32,000 nt of DNA. Source: Synechococcus sp. A15-28. GTDB lineage: Bacteria; Cyanobacteriota; Cyanobacteriia; PCC-6307; Cyanobiaceae. Shown piece by piece: positions 1 to 7,430 of this stretch (position 1 is its first letter; every line of letters starts with the position of its first letter). The notes under the pieces were generated by a model, which was not told the DNA's origin, did not search any database, and worked only from the letters and a program-made list of their open reading frames with translations. The translations under genes were made by a program, and so were the position numbers. The stretch spans positions 420,001-452,000 of the forward strand of contig NZ_CP047931.1 in the NCBI RefSeq assembly GCF_014280175.1, read 5' to 3'.

Positions 1-1544
1 TGGACCAGTCCGCCGGAGACCTGTCCATCGGCCTTGGGCAGGCCGGGCCGGAGAGCTTCCGGCGCATGTTGCAGGAGGCGCTGCGGGATCAGACGGACTG
101 TCTGGTGGTGGTGAAGGTGCACCCGGATGTGATCCGGGGCCGCGCCCGGGGCCATTTCCGCCGTCAGGATCTGCAGCACCCGCGCATCCGCCTCTGCGCT
201 GACGGATTGCACCCTGCCGCCCTGTTAGAGCAGGCCCAGGCGGTGTATGTGGTGACCTCCCAGATGGGGTTTGAGGCGCTGTTGTGGGGACGGACCGTCC
301 ACTGCTTCGGCATGCCTTTTTATGCCGGGTGGGGACTCACCGTGGATCGTTTGCCGGCTCCGGCCCGTCGGGGAGCGTCGGTGCCGTTGGCGGCGGTGGT
401 GCATGCGGCGCTGGTGGAGGGCACCCGCTGCGTGGACCCCCATCGGCATCAACCCTGTCAGATCGAGACGCTGATGGACGCCATCGGCCTGCAACGTCGG
501 CAGCAGGGGGCGGATCCCCTGCGGGTGCAGGCCTTTGGCTTCACTCCATGGAAGCAACGCAGCCTCAAGCGCTTTCTGGCCGGCAGTGAGCTGCGCTTTC
601 GCCTGCCGCGGGCGCTGCCGGGGCCGCGGGCGGAGGCCGTGGCGGTGTGGGGCCGGCGGGCTCGACCGCGTCTGCTGGCGACGGCGCGCCGTCGGGGGCT
701 GCCGCTGCTGCATGTGGAGGACGGTTTCCTGCGCTCGGTGGGCCTGGGGGCCGATCTGATCGACCCCATCTCCTGGGTGGTGGACCGCCGCGGCATGTAT
801 TACGACGCCACGGAGGCCAGCGATCTGGAGCAGCGGCTGGCCACAGGAATCTGGAGTGAGCCGCAGTTGCAGCGGGCCGAGGCCTTGCGCCAGCAGCTGG
901 TGGCGCAGGCCATCACCAAATACAACCTCCCAGGGGGCGGATGGCAGCGCCCCGACGCTGCCAGGCGGGTGGTGCTGGTGGTGGGGCAGGTGGAAAGCGA
1001 CGCTTCCATCCGCTATGGCGCTCCGGGGCACTCCAGCAACCTGGCACTGCTGCAGGCGGTGCGTGCGGCGGAACCGGAAGCGTTCCTGGTGTACAAACCC
1101 CATCCCGACGTGGTGGCGGGTCTCTGCCGCTCCGGTGATGGGGAGCAGCGGGCGGCCCAGGTATGCGACTGCTTGCTGCGCGATGGCTCGATCCATGCCC
1201 TGTTTGAGCAGGTGGATGCCCTGCATGTGCTCACCTCCCTGGCAGGGTTTGAGGCGCTGTTGCGGGGAGTGGAGGTGCATTGCTGGGGACTGCCCTTTTA
1301 TGCGGGTTGGGGGCTGACCCAGGATCGGTTGTCCTCGCCCCGGCGGGGCCGGTCGCTGCCTTTGGCGGCGTTGGTGCATGCCGCCTTGATTGATTACCCC
1401 CGCTACGTCAGCCGCCGCAGCGGTTGGTTCATCACTCCAGAGCAAGCCATTGAGGAGCTAGTGGCATGGCGGGATGCACCTCCAGCCCGCCGCACCCTGG
1501 TGCAGGCCCTGTTCCGACACTGGGGGCGTCTGTTCAATCGTTAG
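1..1544 (+). CDS. kpsC: KpsC-like capsule polysaccharide biosynthesis protein (beta-Kdo transferase family), 5'-partial. It shows the end of one Capsule_synth domain plus a complete second one.
   Basis: The frame is open from the window edge (codons in phase from nt 3), so the ATG at 66 is internal. Two copies of the family signature are present: 'VKVHPDV...TSQMGFEALLWGRTVHCFGMPFYAGWGLTVDR' and 'YKPHPDV...TSLAGFEALLRGVEVHCWGLPFYAGWGLTQDR'. A 'VLVVGQVESDASIRYG' motif is also present. These match my memory of KpsC/KpsS (Pfam Capsule_synth). Confidence 0.8.
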   Translation, partial: DQSAGDLSIGLGQAGPESFRRMLQEALRDQTDCLVVVKVHPDVIRGRARGHFRRQDLQHPRIRLCADGLHPAALLEQAQAVYVVTSQMGFEALLWGRTVHCFGMPFYAGWGLTVDRLPAPARRGASVPLAAVVHAALVEGTRCVDPHRHQPCQIETLMDAIGLQRRQQGADPLRVQAFGFTPWKQRSLKRFLAGSELRFRLPRALPGPRAEAVAVWGRRARPRLLATARRRGLPLLHVEDGFLRSVGLGADLIDPISWVVDRRGMYYDATEASDLEQRLATGIWSEPQLQRAEALRQQLVAQAITKYNLPGGGWQRPDAARRVVLVVGQVESDASIRYGAPGHSSNLALLQAVRAAEPEAFLVYKPHPDVVAGLCRSGDGEQRAAQVCDCLLRDGSIHALFEQVDALHVLTSLAGFEALLRGVEVHCWGLPFYAGWGLTQDRLSSPRRGRSLPLAALVHAALIDYPRYVSRRSGWFITPEQAIEELVAWRDAPPARRTLVQALFRHWGRLFNR

Positions 1545-2924
1545 ATGTTGTACTTAGTGCGACTATTTATAACGAATTTTTATAGGGTCTATTAGTTAGT
1601 TGATCGTCGACAAGGTTTTCTTCTTCTGCTTGTGGTGCTCTTTTGTTGTGAATTGTTGGCGTCGGGGTGTCTCGCGTCATTCAGATTTGCGGAAATGTCT
1701 GTCAATGTTGCTGCTTTAGGCGTGGCGAATGGCTAGAGGGGATATGCATCGAGATTGTTTAGTTGGTGCCAGAGAAATTTCTTTCAAGGAATCTGCGGAA
1801 TAATTTCCACTCTTCTTCTGTGAAAAAGGTGTGGCATTTGATGGCAAGATCAAGGCCACGTTCATTTAGTCTGGGGTTTGGGTTTTTGTTGCTGATTTTG
1901 AGTCTTGGGTCAGTGGATAGATTTTTGGCTTGTTCTGGTAACATTGCATTAAGTAAGTTCCTAAAATACTGTTGTGGCTGTTGGTTATTGCTTACAAGCT
2001 CGTATTCGAGTTGAATGATTTCTATCGATCTATGCGAAATAGTTTTCTCGGACAACCTATCGTTGATTTTGCTCAAGGATGACATTAGTGTGATCTTTTC
2101 TGCAAAGGAAAAGTCTCTCGTTTCGAGGAAGCTGTTCAGGCTTGCCGATGAGGGAAGATGATTGCCTTCCTTGACGTATTGATTGTGGCATGATCGAATA
2201 AATTCATCCTCGTTGCGTGTGATAAATATTATTTGCCACTGGATTGAAGCACTTTTGAGGGAGTTTTCCAGTACTTGCATGAGCCGCCTGGTTCTAGTTT
2301 CTGCGTACCGATAGAGTCCCTTTGTGTCCTCTCCATTTTCCTTGGAAGGAAGACTGATGTCAGGGTTGTGGAAAAGCCCGAAATGAAGTGTTCCAAAAAT
2401 AGCTTCGCATGATATTAAAATGGTATCTATCATTTCTTCATTGCCTTCGCATAGCTTATTGAGAATTTTCCGTGTGTTTTTTTGTAATTCTCGCGGTACC
2501 CTGTCACTTCCAGTATCTATGTGTTGCCATAGCTCGACCAAGTCGAATTTAAGGGTTCTTGGACCTATGTAAAGGACTCTATTTTCTTGTAAAATATTGC
2601 GGTTTTTTCTGCAGTTCAGTTGAAAGTAACTGGTGCCGGTTTTGTGTAAACCGCAATGGAGTACAATTCGACTGGGCTTGAGTTTGCTCAAGGGAATGAT
2701 TGACTTTCAGGGTGTGATTTTGGCTCGGTGAGAGCTGAGGCTTTTATTGGTAGTGAGTTTGATGAAGGGGCGTTCCGGGAGAGTTTGGATTGCCGCGTAT
2801 TGGCAGTGAAATAAAAGTCAATATTGTAGTTAATAGATTCAAAATATATATTTTGTGTTTTGAATGTGTCAAGATTGAAATAGTTTCAAGTAACGGCTTG
2901 GCCACGAGACGGGCACCGGCGCTG
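1545..2924. other. AT-rich islet inside the capsule locus, with visibly lower GC than both flanks. It carries one reverse-strand gene.
   Basis: Composition changes abruptly right after the kpsC stop (1544). It returns to high GC at about 2890-2925, where the KpsS-homologous frame begins. A/T runs and A/T-ending codons dominate in between. Confidence 0.75.
1759..2691 (-). CDS. Sulfotransferase-like protein (PAPS-dependent fold), probably acquired horizontally
   Basis: A 310-aa ORF in the low-GC islet. The N-terminal 'IVLHCGLHKTGTSYFQ' resembles the 5'-phosphosulfate-binding loop (PKxGTT type). 'IFITRNEDEFIRSCHNQY' resembles the 3'-phosphate-binding motif (RxP/xxRxxSxY type). The assignment is by motif only. 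Confidence 0.5.
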   Translation of the reverse strand: MSKLKPSRIVLHCGLHKTGTSYFQLNCRKNRNILQENRVLYIGPRTLKFDLVELWQHIDTGSDRVPRELQKNTRKILNKLCEGNEEMIDTILISCEAIFGTLHFGLFHNPDISLPSKENGEDTKGLYRYAETRTRRLMQVLENSLKSASIQWQIIFITRNEDEFIRSCHNQYVKEGNHLPSSASLNSFLETRDFSFAEKITLMSSLSKINDRLSEKTISHRSIEIIQLEYELVSNNQQPQQYFRNLLNAMLPEQAKNLSTDPRLKISNKNPNPRLNERGLDLAIKCHTFFTEEEWKLFRRFLERNFSGTN

Positions 2925-4910
2925 GTGCAGGTGCGCATCGAAGGACCGGTTCTGCTGCTGATGGGCCCGATCGGGCTGTTCTTTGCCCGTTTTAGCCGCT
3001 ACCTGCGGGGCTGCGGCATCCCGGTCACCAAGGTGCGTTTCCCGCTGCGGGAATTTGGCTTTCCGGCTGATGTTTGTGTGCCGTTCCGGGAGCCGATGGA
3101 GGCCTGGCGGCCCTTTCTGCGCCAGCTGCTGCAGGAGCGGGGCATCCGCCACATCTTTATGTATGGGGACTTCATCATTCCCCACCGGATTGCGATTGAA
3201 GAGGCCCAGGCCCTTGGGATTGAGGCCTGGGTGTTCGAGCTGGGTTACCTGCGGCCCAATTACGTGACCCTGGAGCGGGACCGGGTCAATGCTCGTTCCA
3301 ACCTCAACCAACCCGCGGTCTTCTATCGCCAGCTGCCGCCGGTGGATCAGTTGCCGCGAGACATCGTGCTGGACTCGGGTTGGCGTTGGCGCAAGGCCTG
3401 GAAGGCCCCCACCTTTATCCAGCACGCCTTCACCCGTTACCCGATCATCGAGGGGGAGCACAAACTGCAACCCACCCCTGGTTTTCTCTGGTGCCAGCTG
3501 CGCGGCAGCTGGCGCTACTGGCTGTACCGCTGGCAGGAGCGGAATCTGAAGCGGCGGCTGCTGGAGCACCTCTCGTTTTTCTTGGCGGTGCTGCAGGTCT
3601 CCAGTGATTCGCAGATCCAGCTGGGCTCGCCCTACCGCGGTATGCACGACTTCATTGAGGACGTGATCCGGTCTTTTGCGGCCCATGCCCACAGCTCCGA
3701 TCATCTGGCCTTCAAACACCATCCGCGGGACCGGGGCTACAACCACTACGGAAGCCTGATCGCTGTGCTGGCAGGGCGTTACGGCGTCAGTGGCCGGGTG
3801 CACTACTTCCACGACGGCCCCCTCAGCCGCTACCTGCGCACCTGCCGCGGGGTGATCACGGTGAACAGCACGGTGGGCCTTCAAGCCCTGTTCCATGCAG
3901 TGCCCACCAAAACCATGGGCAACACCTTCTACAACCTGGACGGACTGACGGACCAGAAGCCTCTGGATGATTTCTGGCGGGACCCCCAGCCCAGTGATCG
4001 GCCGCTGTTCTGGCGCTTCTATCACCACCTGGTGATGACCACTCAGGTGAATGGCAATTTCGACGGGGACTTCCCCTTCCGCATCACCTTCCCGATTGGC
4101 CAAGGGGCTCGCCAGCTGGATCCGCAGCCGCAGCTGCCGCCGCTTCGGCCACGGCCACGGATGAACTCCCTGCTGGTGCCGGCCCGGGTGCTAGCCCGCC
4201 TGGGTTGGGCCGCCGTGGGGTTTGTCTTGTACGGCCTGCAGTTGCCTGCGGTGCTGTTGCGGCGTGCGGACTTGGCGGCGCAACTGATGACCTGGGCCTC
4301 AGCTGTGGCCTTGCGGGCGCTTGGGGTGCAGGTGGTGGTGGATGACAGTCAGCCCAGCGAGCCGGCCGGGATGCCCCTGGTGCACATCTTCAACCACCGC
4401 AGCCCCTGTGATGGCCTGGTGATTCAAGGGGTGCTGCGCCTGCCGGGCATGACCACGGCTCAGTTGCATCTGAAATGGGTGTTGCCCGGATACGCGGCCG
4501 CAGCCCGCAACGCCGGGTCGGCCGTGTTGGATCACCGTCAGCCCAGTTCGCGCCTGGAAGGGATGATGCGGGCCTCCGCGTTGTTGCGCGACCACGGTCA
4601 GATCATGCTGGCCCCCAACGGCTCATTGGTGACGCCGATCGAAGAGCGGGTGTCCCCCAGCGCCTGGATGCTGGCTCAGCACTACGACGGTTGTGTGGTG
4701 CCCTGGCTGTTTCGCTATGACGGACTGGATGAGGCTGTGGGTGCCCGATACCGCCCCCTGGCGCTGCTGTTGAGCCGGTTGACGGCGCCGTTGGGAACGA
4801 TTCACTGCCGCCGGGGCCGGTCCCAGGATCTGGTTCTGCCAAAGGATCCCCGTGATCGGGAGGGGTTCAGCCGTGCTGTGCGGGCGTATTACCAGCAAGC
4901 ACAAGACTGA
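2925..4910 (+). CDS. kpsS: KpsS-like Kdo transferase fused in frame to a C-terminal PlsC/LPLAT-type acyltransferase domain
   Basis: The N-terminal ~390 aa carry KpsS-type motifs: 'VLLLMGPIGLFFARF', 'LQVSSDSQIQLGSPY', 'LAFKHHPRDRG' and 'VITVNSTVGLQALFH'. A Pro-rich linker (QPQLPPLRPRPR) and a hydrophobic segment (LLVPARVLARLGWAAVGFVLYGLQLPAVLL) follow. Acyltransferase motifs then appear: 'FNHRSPCDG' (HX4D block, nt 4392-4412), 'ARNAGSAVLDHR', 'LAPNGSL' and 'VVPWLF'. The track start at 2790 lies in AT-rich non-homologous sequence. I prefer GTG 2925 or 2931, but the start is uncertain. Confidence 0.7.
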   Translation: MQVRIEGPVLLLMGPIGLFFARFSRYLRGCGIPVTKVRFPLREFGFPADVCVPFREPMEAWRPFLRQLLQERGIRHIFMYGDFIIPHRIAIEEAQALGIEAWVFELGYLRPNYVTLERDRVNARSNLNQPAVFYRQLPPVDQLPRDIVLDSGWRWRKAWKAPTFIQHAFTRYPIIEGEHKLQPTPGFLWCQLRGSWRYWLYRWQERNLKRRLLEHLSFFLAVLQVSSDSQIQLGSPYRGMHDFIEDVIRSFAAHAHSSDHLAFKHHPRDRGYNHYGSLIAVLAGRYGVSGRVHYFHDGPLSRYLRTCRGVITVNSTVGLQALFHAVPTKTMGNTFYNLDGLTDQKPLDDFWRDPQPSDRPLFWRFYHHLVMTTQVNGNFDGDFPFRITFPIGQGARQLDPQPQLPPLRPRPRMNSLLVPARVLARLGWAAVGFVLYGLQLPAVLLRRADLAAQLMTWASAVALRALGVQVVVDDSQPSEPAGMPLVHIFNHRSPCDGLVIQGVLRLPGMTTAQLHLKWVLPGYAAAARNAGSAVLDHRQPSSRLEGMMRASALLRDHGQIMLAPNGSLVTPIEERVSPSAWMLAQHYDGCVVPWLFRYDGLDEAVGARYRPLALLLSRLTAPLGTIHCRRGRSQDLVLPKDPRDREGFSRAVRAYYQQAQD

Positions 4911-6132
4911 TGTTGTGACCGCCGAATCCGAAGGCATTCTTGAGCAGCAGACGTTGGCCTTGATCTGAAGAAAGCTGCACAGGGCCCTGTTTGGTGACGG
5001 CCAGCTCCACCTCAGGATCCAGGGGGTCGGCATTTAGGCTGCCGGGCAATACGCCATGGCGCAGGGCCTGCAGGGCCAGGATGGTTTCCACCGCACCGGC
5101 GCCCCCCAGTAGGTGGCCCAGCTGGCCCTTGGGGGCGTAAACCGGCAGATGATCGGCAGCACTGCCAAGGCTGCGCCGCAATGCTCTGGCCTCCGCCAGG
5201 TCACCGAGGCTGGTGCCGGTGGCATGGGCCTGAACACCGCAGAGGTCTGAGGGGTTCACCTTCGCCCGACGCAAGGCCTCGTCGATGGCACGGCTGGCCT
5301 GCAGCCCCTGGGGCTCGGGGGCGACGATGTGGTGGGCATCGCTGCTGCTGCCACTGGCCAGCAACCAGCCCAGGTCGGCCCCTGGAGGCGTGTCCTGTTG
5401 CCGCATCAAGGCCAGGACGCCGGCGCCTTCGGAGAGCACGAAGCCATCTCGACCGAGGCCGTAGGGCCGGGAGGCTTGATCAGGAGCGTCGTTGCGGCTG
5501 GACAGGGCGCGCATGGCTGCAAAGCCCACCAGCCCAAGTCGGTTCACCGGAGCTTCGCTGCCCCCGGCCAGCACCAGATCGGCGCGGTCGTCGTTGAGCA
5601 GCATCTGGCCCAGCATCAATGCTTCGGCGCCGGAGGCGCAGGCGGACACCGGGGTGTGGGCACCGCCGAGCAGACCGAGCTCAATGGCCACCTGGCCAGC
5701 GGCGGCATCGGGGATCAGCATCGGCACGGTGAGGGGGTTCACCCGGCTTGGTCCCCCCGTGCTGAGTTGCGTGTGTTGCTCGTGCATGGTGGCGAGGCCG
5801 CCGATGCCCGTGCCGATCACCACGGCGATGCGGCTTGGATCCAGGCCGGTGGTGATGGAGCTGGCCATGGTCCAGGCCTCCCGTGCGGCCACCAGGGCGA
5901 GCTGGGCGCAGCGATCGGAGCGGCGGCGGAGCAGGGGCGGCAGGCTGTTGAGGGCCCCCGTTGGGACGCAACCGGCCAGACGCACGGGCAGATCCTCGGT
6001 CCAGGGCGTCTGAAGGGTTTGAATGCCACTGCGGCCGGCGATCACCGCGTCCCAGGTGCTGTTGGCATCGGCCCCCAGCGGGTTGAGGGAACCCCACCCC
6101 ACCACTGCTGTTGGTTCAGCTTTGAGAGCCAT
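4867..6132 (-). CDS. Beta-ketoacyl-ACP synthase II-type condensing enzyme (FabF/FabB-like paralogue)
   Basis: Signatures include 'VVGWGSLNPLG', the active-site Cys context 'PVSACASGAEAL', the His contexts 'QAHATGTSLGD' and 'KGQLGHLLGGAG', and the C-terminal 'NAFGFGGHNISLVL'. I chose ATG 6132 (MALKAEP...), which overlaps the ACP stop by 17 nt. The track start at 6180 is less likely. Confidence 0.8.
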   Translation of the reverse strand: MALKAEPTAVVGWGSLNPLGADANSTWDAVIAGRSGIQTLQTPWTEDLPVRLAGCVPTGALNSLPPLLRRRSDRCAQLALVAAREAWTMASSITTGLDPSRIAVVIGTGIGGLATMHEQHTQLSTGGPSRVNPLTVPMLIPDAAAGQVAIELGLLGGAHTPVSACASGAEALMLGQMLLNDDRADLVLAGGSEAPVNRLGLVGFAAMRALSSRNDAPDQASRPYGLGRDGFVLSEGAGVLALMRQQDTPPGADLGWLLASGSSSDAHHIVAPEPQGLQASRAIDEALRRAKVNPSDLCGVQAHATGTSLGDLAEARALRRSLGSAADHLPVYAPKGQLGHLLGGAGAVETILALQALRHGVLPGSLNADPLDPEVELAVTKQGPVQLSSDQGQRLLLKNAFGFGGHNISLVLAGNTPAQHG

Positions 6133-6397
6133 CGCTCTGGCGGAGACTGGGGGATTCCAGGTGCTGCTGGATGTCCGCAACCGTGCGGAACCGGAGTAGT
6201 TCCTCTTCCTTGATCCGGATGCCGAAGTTGGTGTCTGCCTCGATCAGGATTTCGTAGAACCCAAGGGAGTCAATCCCCACGTCCTCCATCAGCCGGGCAT
6301 CAGGGGTGATCACGGCTGGATCGGCGCCGGAGATGCGGTGCAGCATCTCGATCAGCCGTCCCTGCAGCTCTTGCTTGTCAGGGCAGCTCTCACCCAA
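6116..6397 (-). CDS. Acyl carrier protein (dedicated, non-housekeeping)
   Basis: 93 aa with the phosphopantetheine attachment context 'EDVGIDSLGFYEIL'. It lies between the N-acyltransferase and the KAS genes. The only in-frame start upstream of helix I is TTG at 6397. Confidence 0.7.
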   Translation of the reverse strand: MGESCPDKQELQGRLIEMLHRISGADPAVITPDARLMEDVGIDSLGFYEILIEADTNFGIRIKEEELLRFRTVADIQQHLESPSLRQSDGSQS

Positions 6398-6442
6398 CGC
6401 ATGACCTCTCGGTGAGTAGTAAAGGTACCAGTGATGGTGGGA

Positions 6443-7354
6443 TTACTCGTCACCTCGGTACCAGCTGAAGCGTTGGTAGACGGGCTGGTGGGGCAGGTCG
6501 ATGAACAGGGCGAGCCGTTCTGGCGGCAACCGCCGCAGGTCGGCGGCCATCAGGATTTCAGTGATCTGGTTGAAGTCCAGGGCAAGGGACAGATCACAGA
6601 CTTCCGAGTGCATCAAGTTGAAGTACTGACGCAGCAGCACCGGTAATCGGAAATCGTCGGAGAGGGTCTGGCGGATCTCCTGCTCGAGGGCCTGGATGTG
6701 GCCGCTGGGATGGGGGGTGTCATCGGCGTGAATGCCTGGGAAGGGATGGCGTGGGGCCGGTAAGGGGGTGTTAAGGCGCCGGTAGGGCGGACGCAGCAGG
6801 GCGCTGAGGAAGGCGGCGTTCACCGCATCGCTGTAGGCGAAGTGGTTGTAGGAGACCAACCCGTGCAGCAGCTGGTAGCCGCTGCGGGCAGCGATCAACA
6901 GACCGCCGCGGAACAGGGCCATCAACGAATGGGGCTGCCGTTGGAAGCGTTCCGCCAGGGCGACCCTGCCGATCTCGAGATGGTTGGTGCGACTGGCCAG
7001 GTCCGCCTTGATGCCGGGGTAGACGTGTTCGAGGTAGGAGCCATCGCTGCCAGGCAAGGAGCTGGCACCGGCGGGGATGAATTGCAACCGGGCCGATCCG
7101 GCGAGGTCTCCACTGCTGCGTTCCACCAACAGAAGATGGTCGTAATGGGGATCGCGTCCGTCGAGGTCGCGCTCGTCACCGGACCCGCTCAGTTGCTTGC
7201 GATAAGTCGATTCTCGCAACCGTCCCACCGCGTCTGCCACCGGATCAAAGGCGGCCCCTGCGATCAGATGCAGGTCCAGGTCATCGATCGCCAGAAGTCG
7301 CGTGTCCGACGCCTCGGCCACAGCAGAGGGAATGGACGGACCAGACAGCGTCAT
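6443..7354 (-). CDS. GNAT-superfamily N-acyltransferase of the OlsB / N-acyl amino acid synthase ('putative hemolysin', Acetyltransf_5) type
   Basis: 'VGRLRESTYRKQL...DLDGRDPHYDHLLLVERSSGDLAGSARLQF' and 'LEIGRVALAERFQRQPHSLMALFRGGLLIAARSGYQLLHGLVS' match the OlsB-like pattern as I remember it (RLRyxVF...D.D.fD...HLlv.d...G..RL, then E.gR...). The ~300 aa length is typical for the family. Confidence 0.6.
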   Translation of the reverse strand: MTLSGPSIPSAVAEASDTRLLAIDDLDLHLIAGAAFDPVADAVGRLRESTYRKQLSGSGDERDLDGRDPHYDHLLLVERSSGDLAGSARLQFIPAGASSLPGSDGSYLEHVYPGIKADLASRTNHLEIGRVALAERFQRQPHSLMALFRGGLLIAARSGYQLLHGLVSYNHFAYSDAVNAAFLSALLRPPYRRLNTPLPAPRHPFPGIHADDTPHPSGHIQALEQEIRQTLSDDFRLPVLLRQYFNLMHSEVCDLSLALDFNQITEILMAADLRRLPPERLALFIDLPHQPVYQRFSWYRGDE

Positions 7355-7430
7355 TCGTGTTCCAATCTGTCTCAGCCAGCCGGCAGATTAGACCGACTCG
7401 TTCGAGCTTTCGTCGCTTCTCACTGCCTTG

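Noticed and set aside
2790-2924. ATG 2790 as the start of the kpsS fusion
   Set aside because: The first 45 codons lie in the AT-rich islet, have no KpsS similarity and use alien codons. Homology starts at 'VLLLMGPIGLFF'.
225-4103. Long antisense or out-of-frame ORFs over kpsC and kpsS (e.g. 225..1445 -, 2886..4103 -, and many 60-150 aa ORFs)
   Set aside because: They overlap genes with clear family motifs and have Arg/Pro/Gly/His-rich, motif-free translations.
5181-6213. Plus-strand ORFs 5181..5597, 5329..6213 and 5492..6013
   Set aside because: They are antisense to the KAS gene, whose Cys-His-His active-site contexts are intact.
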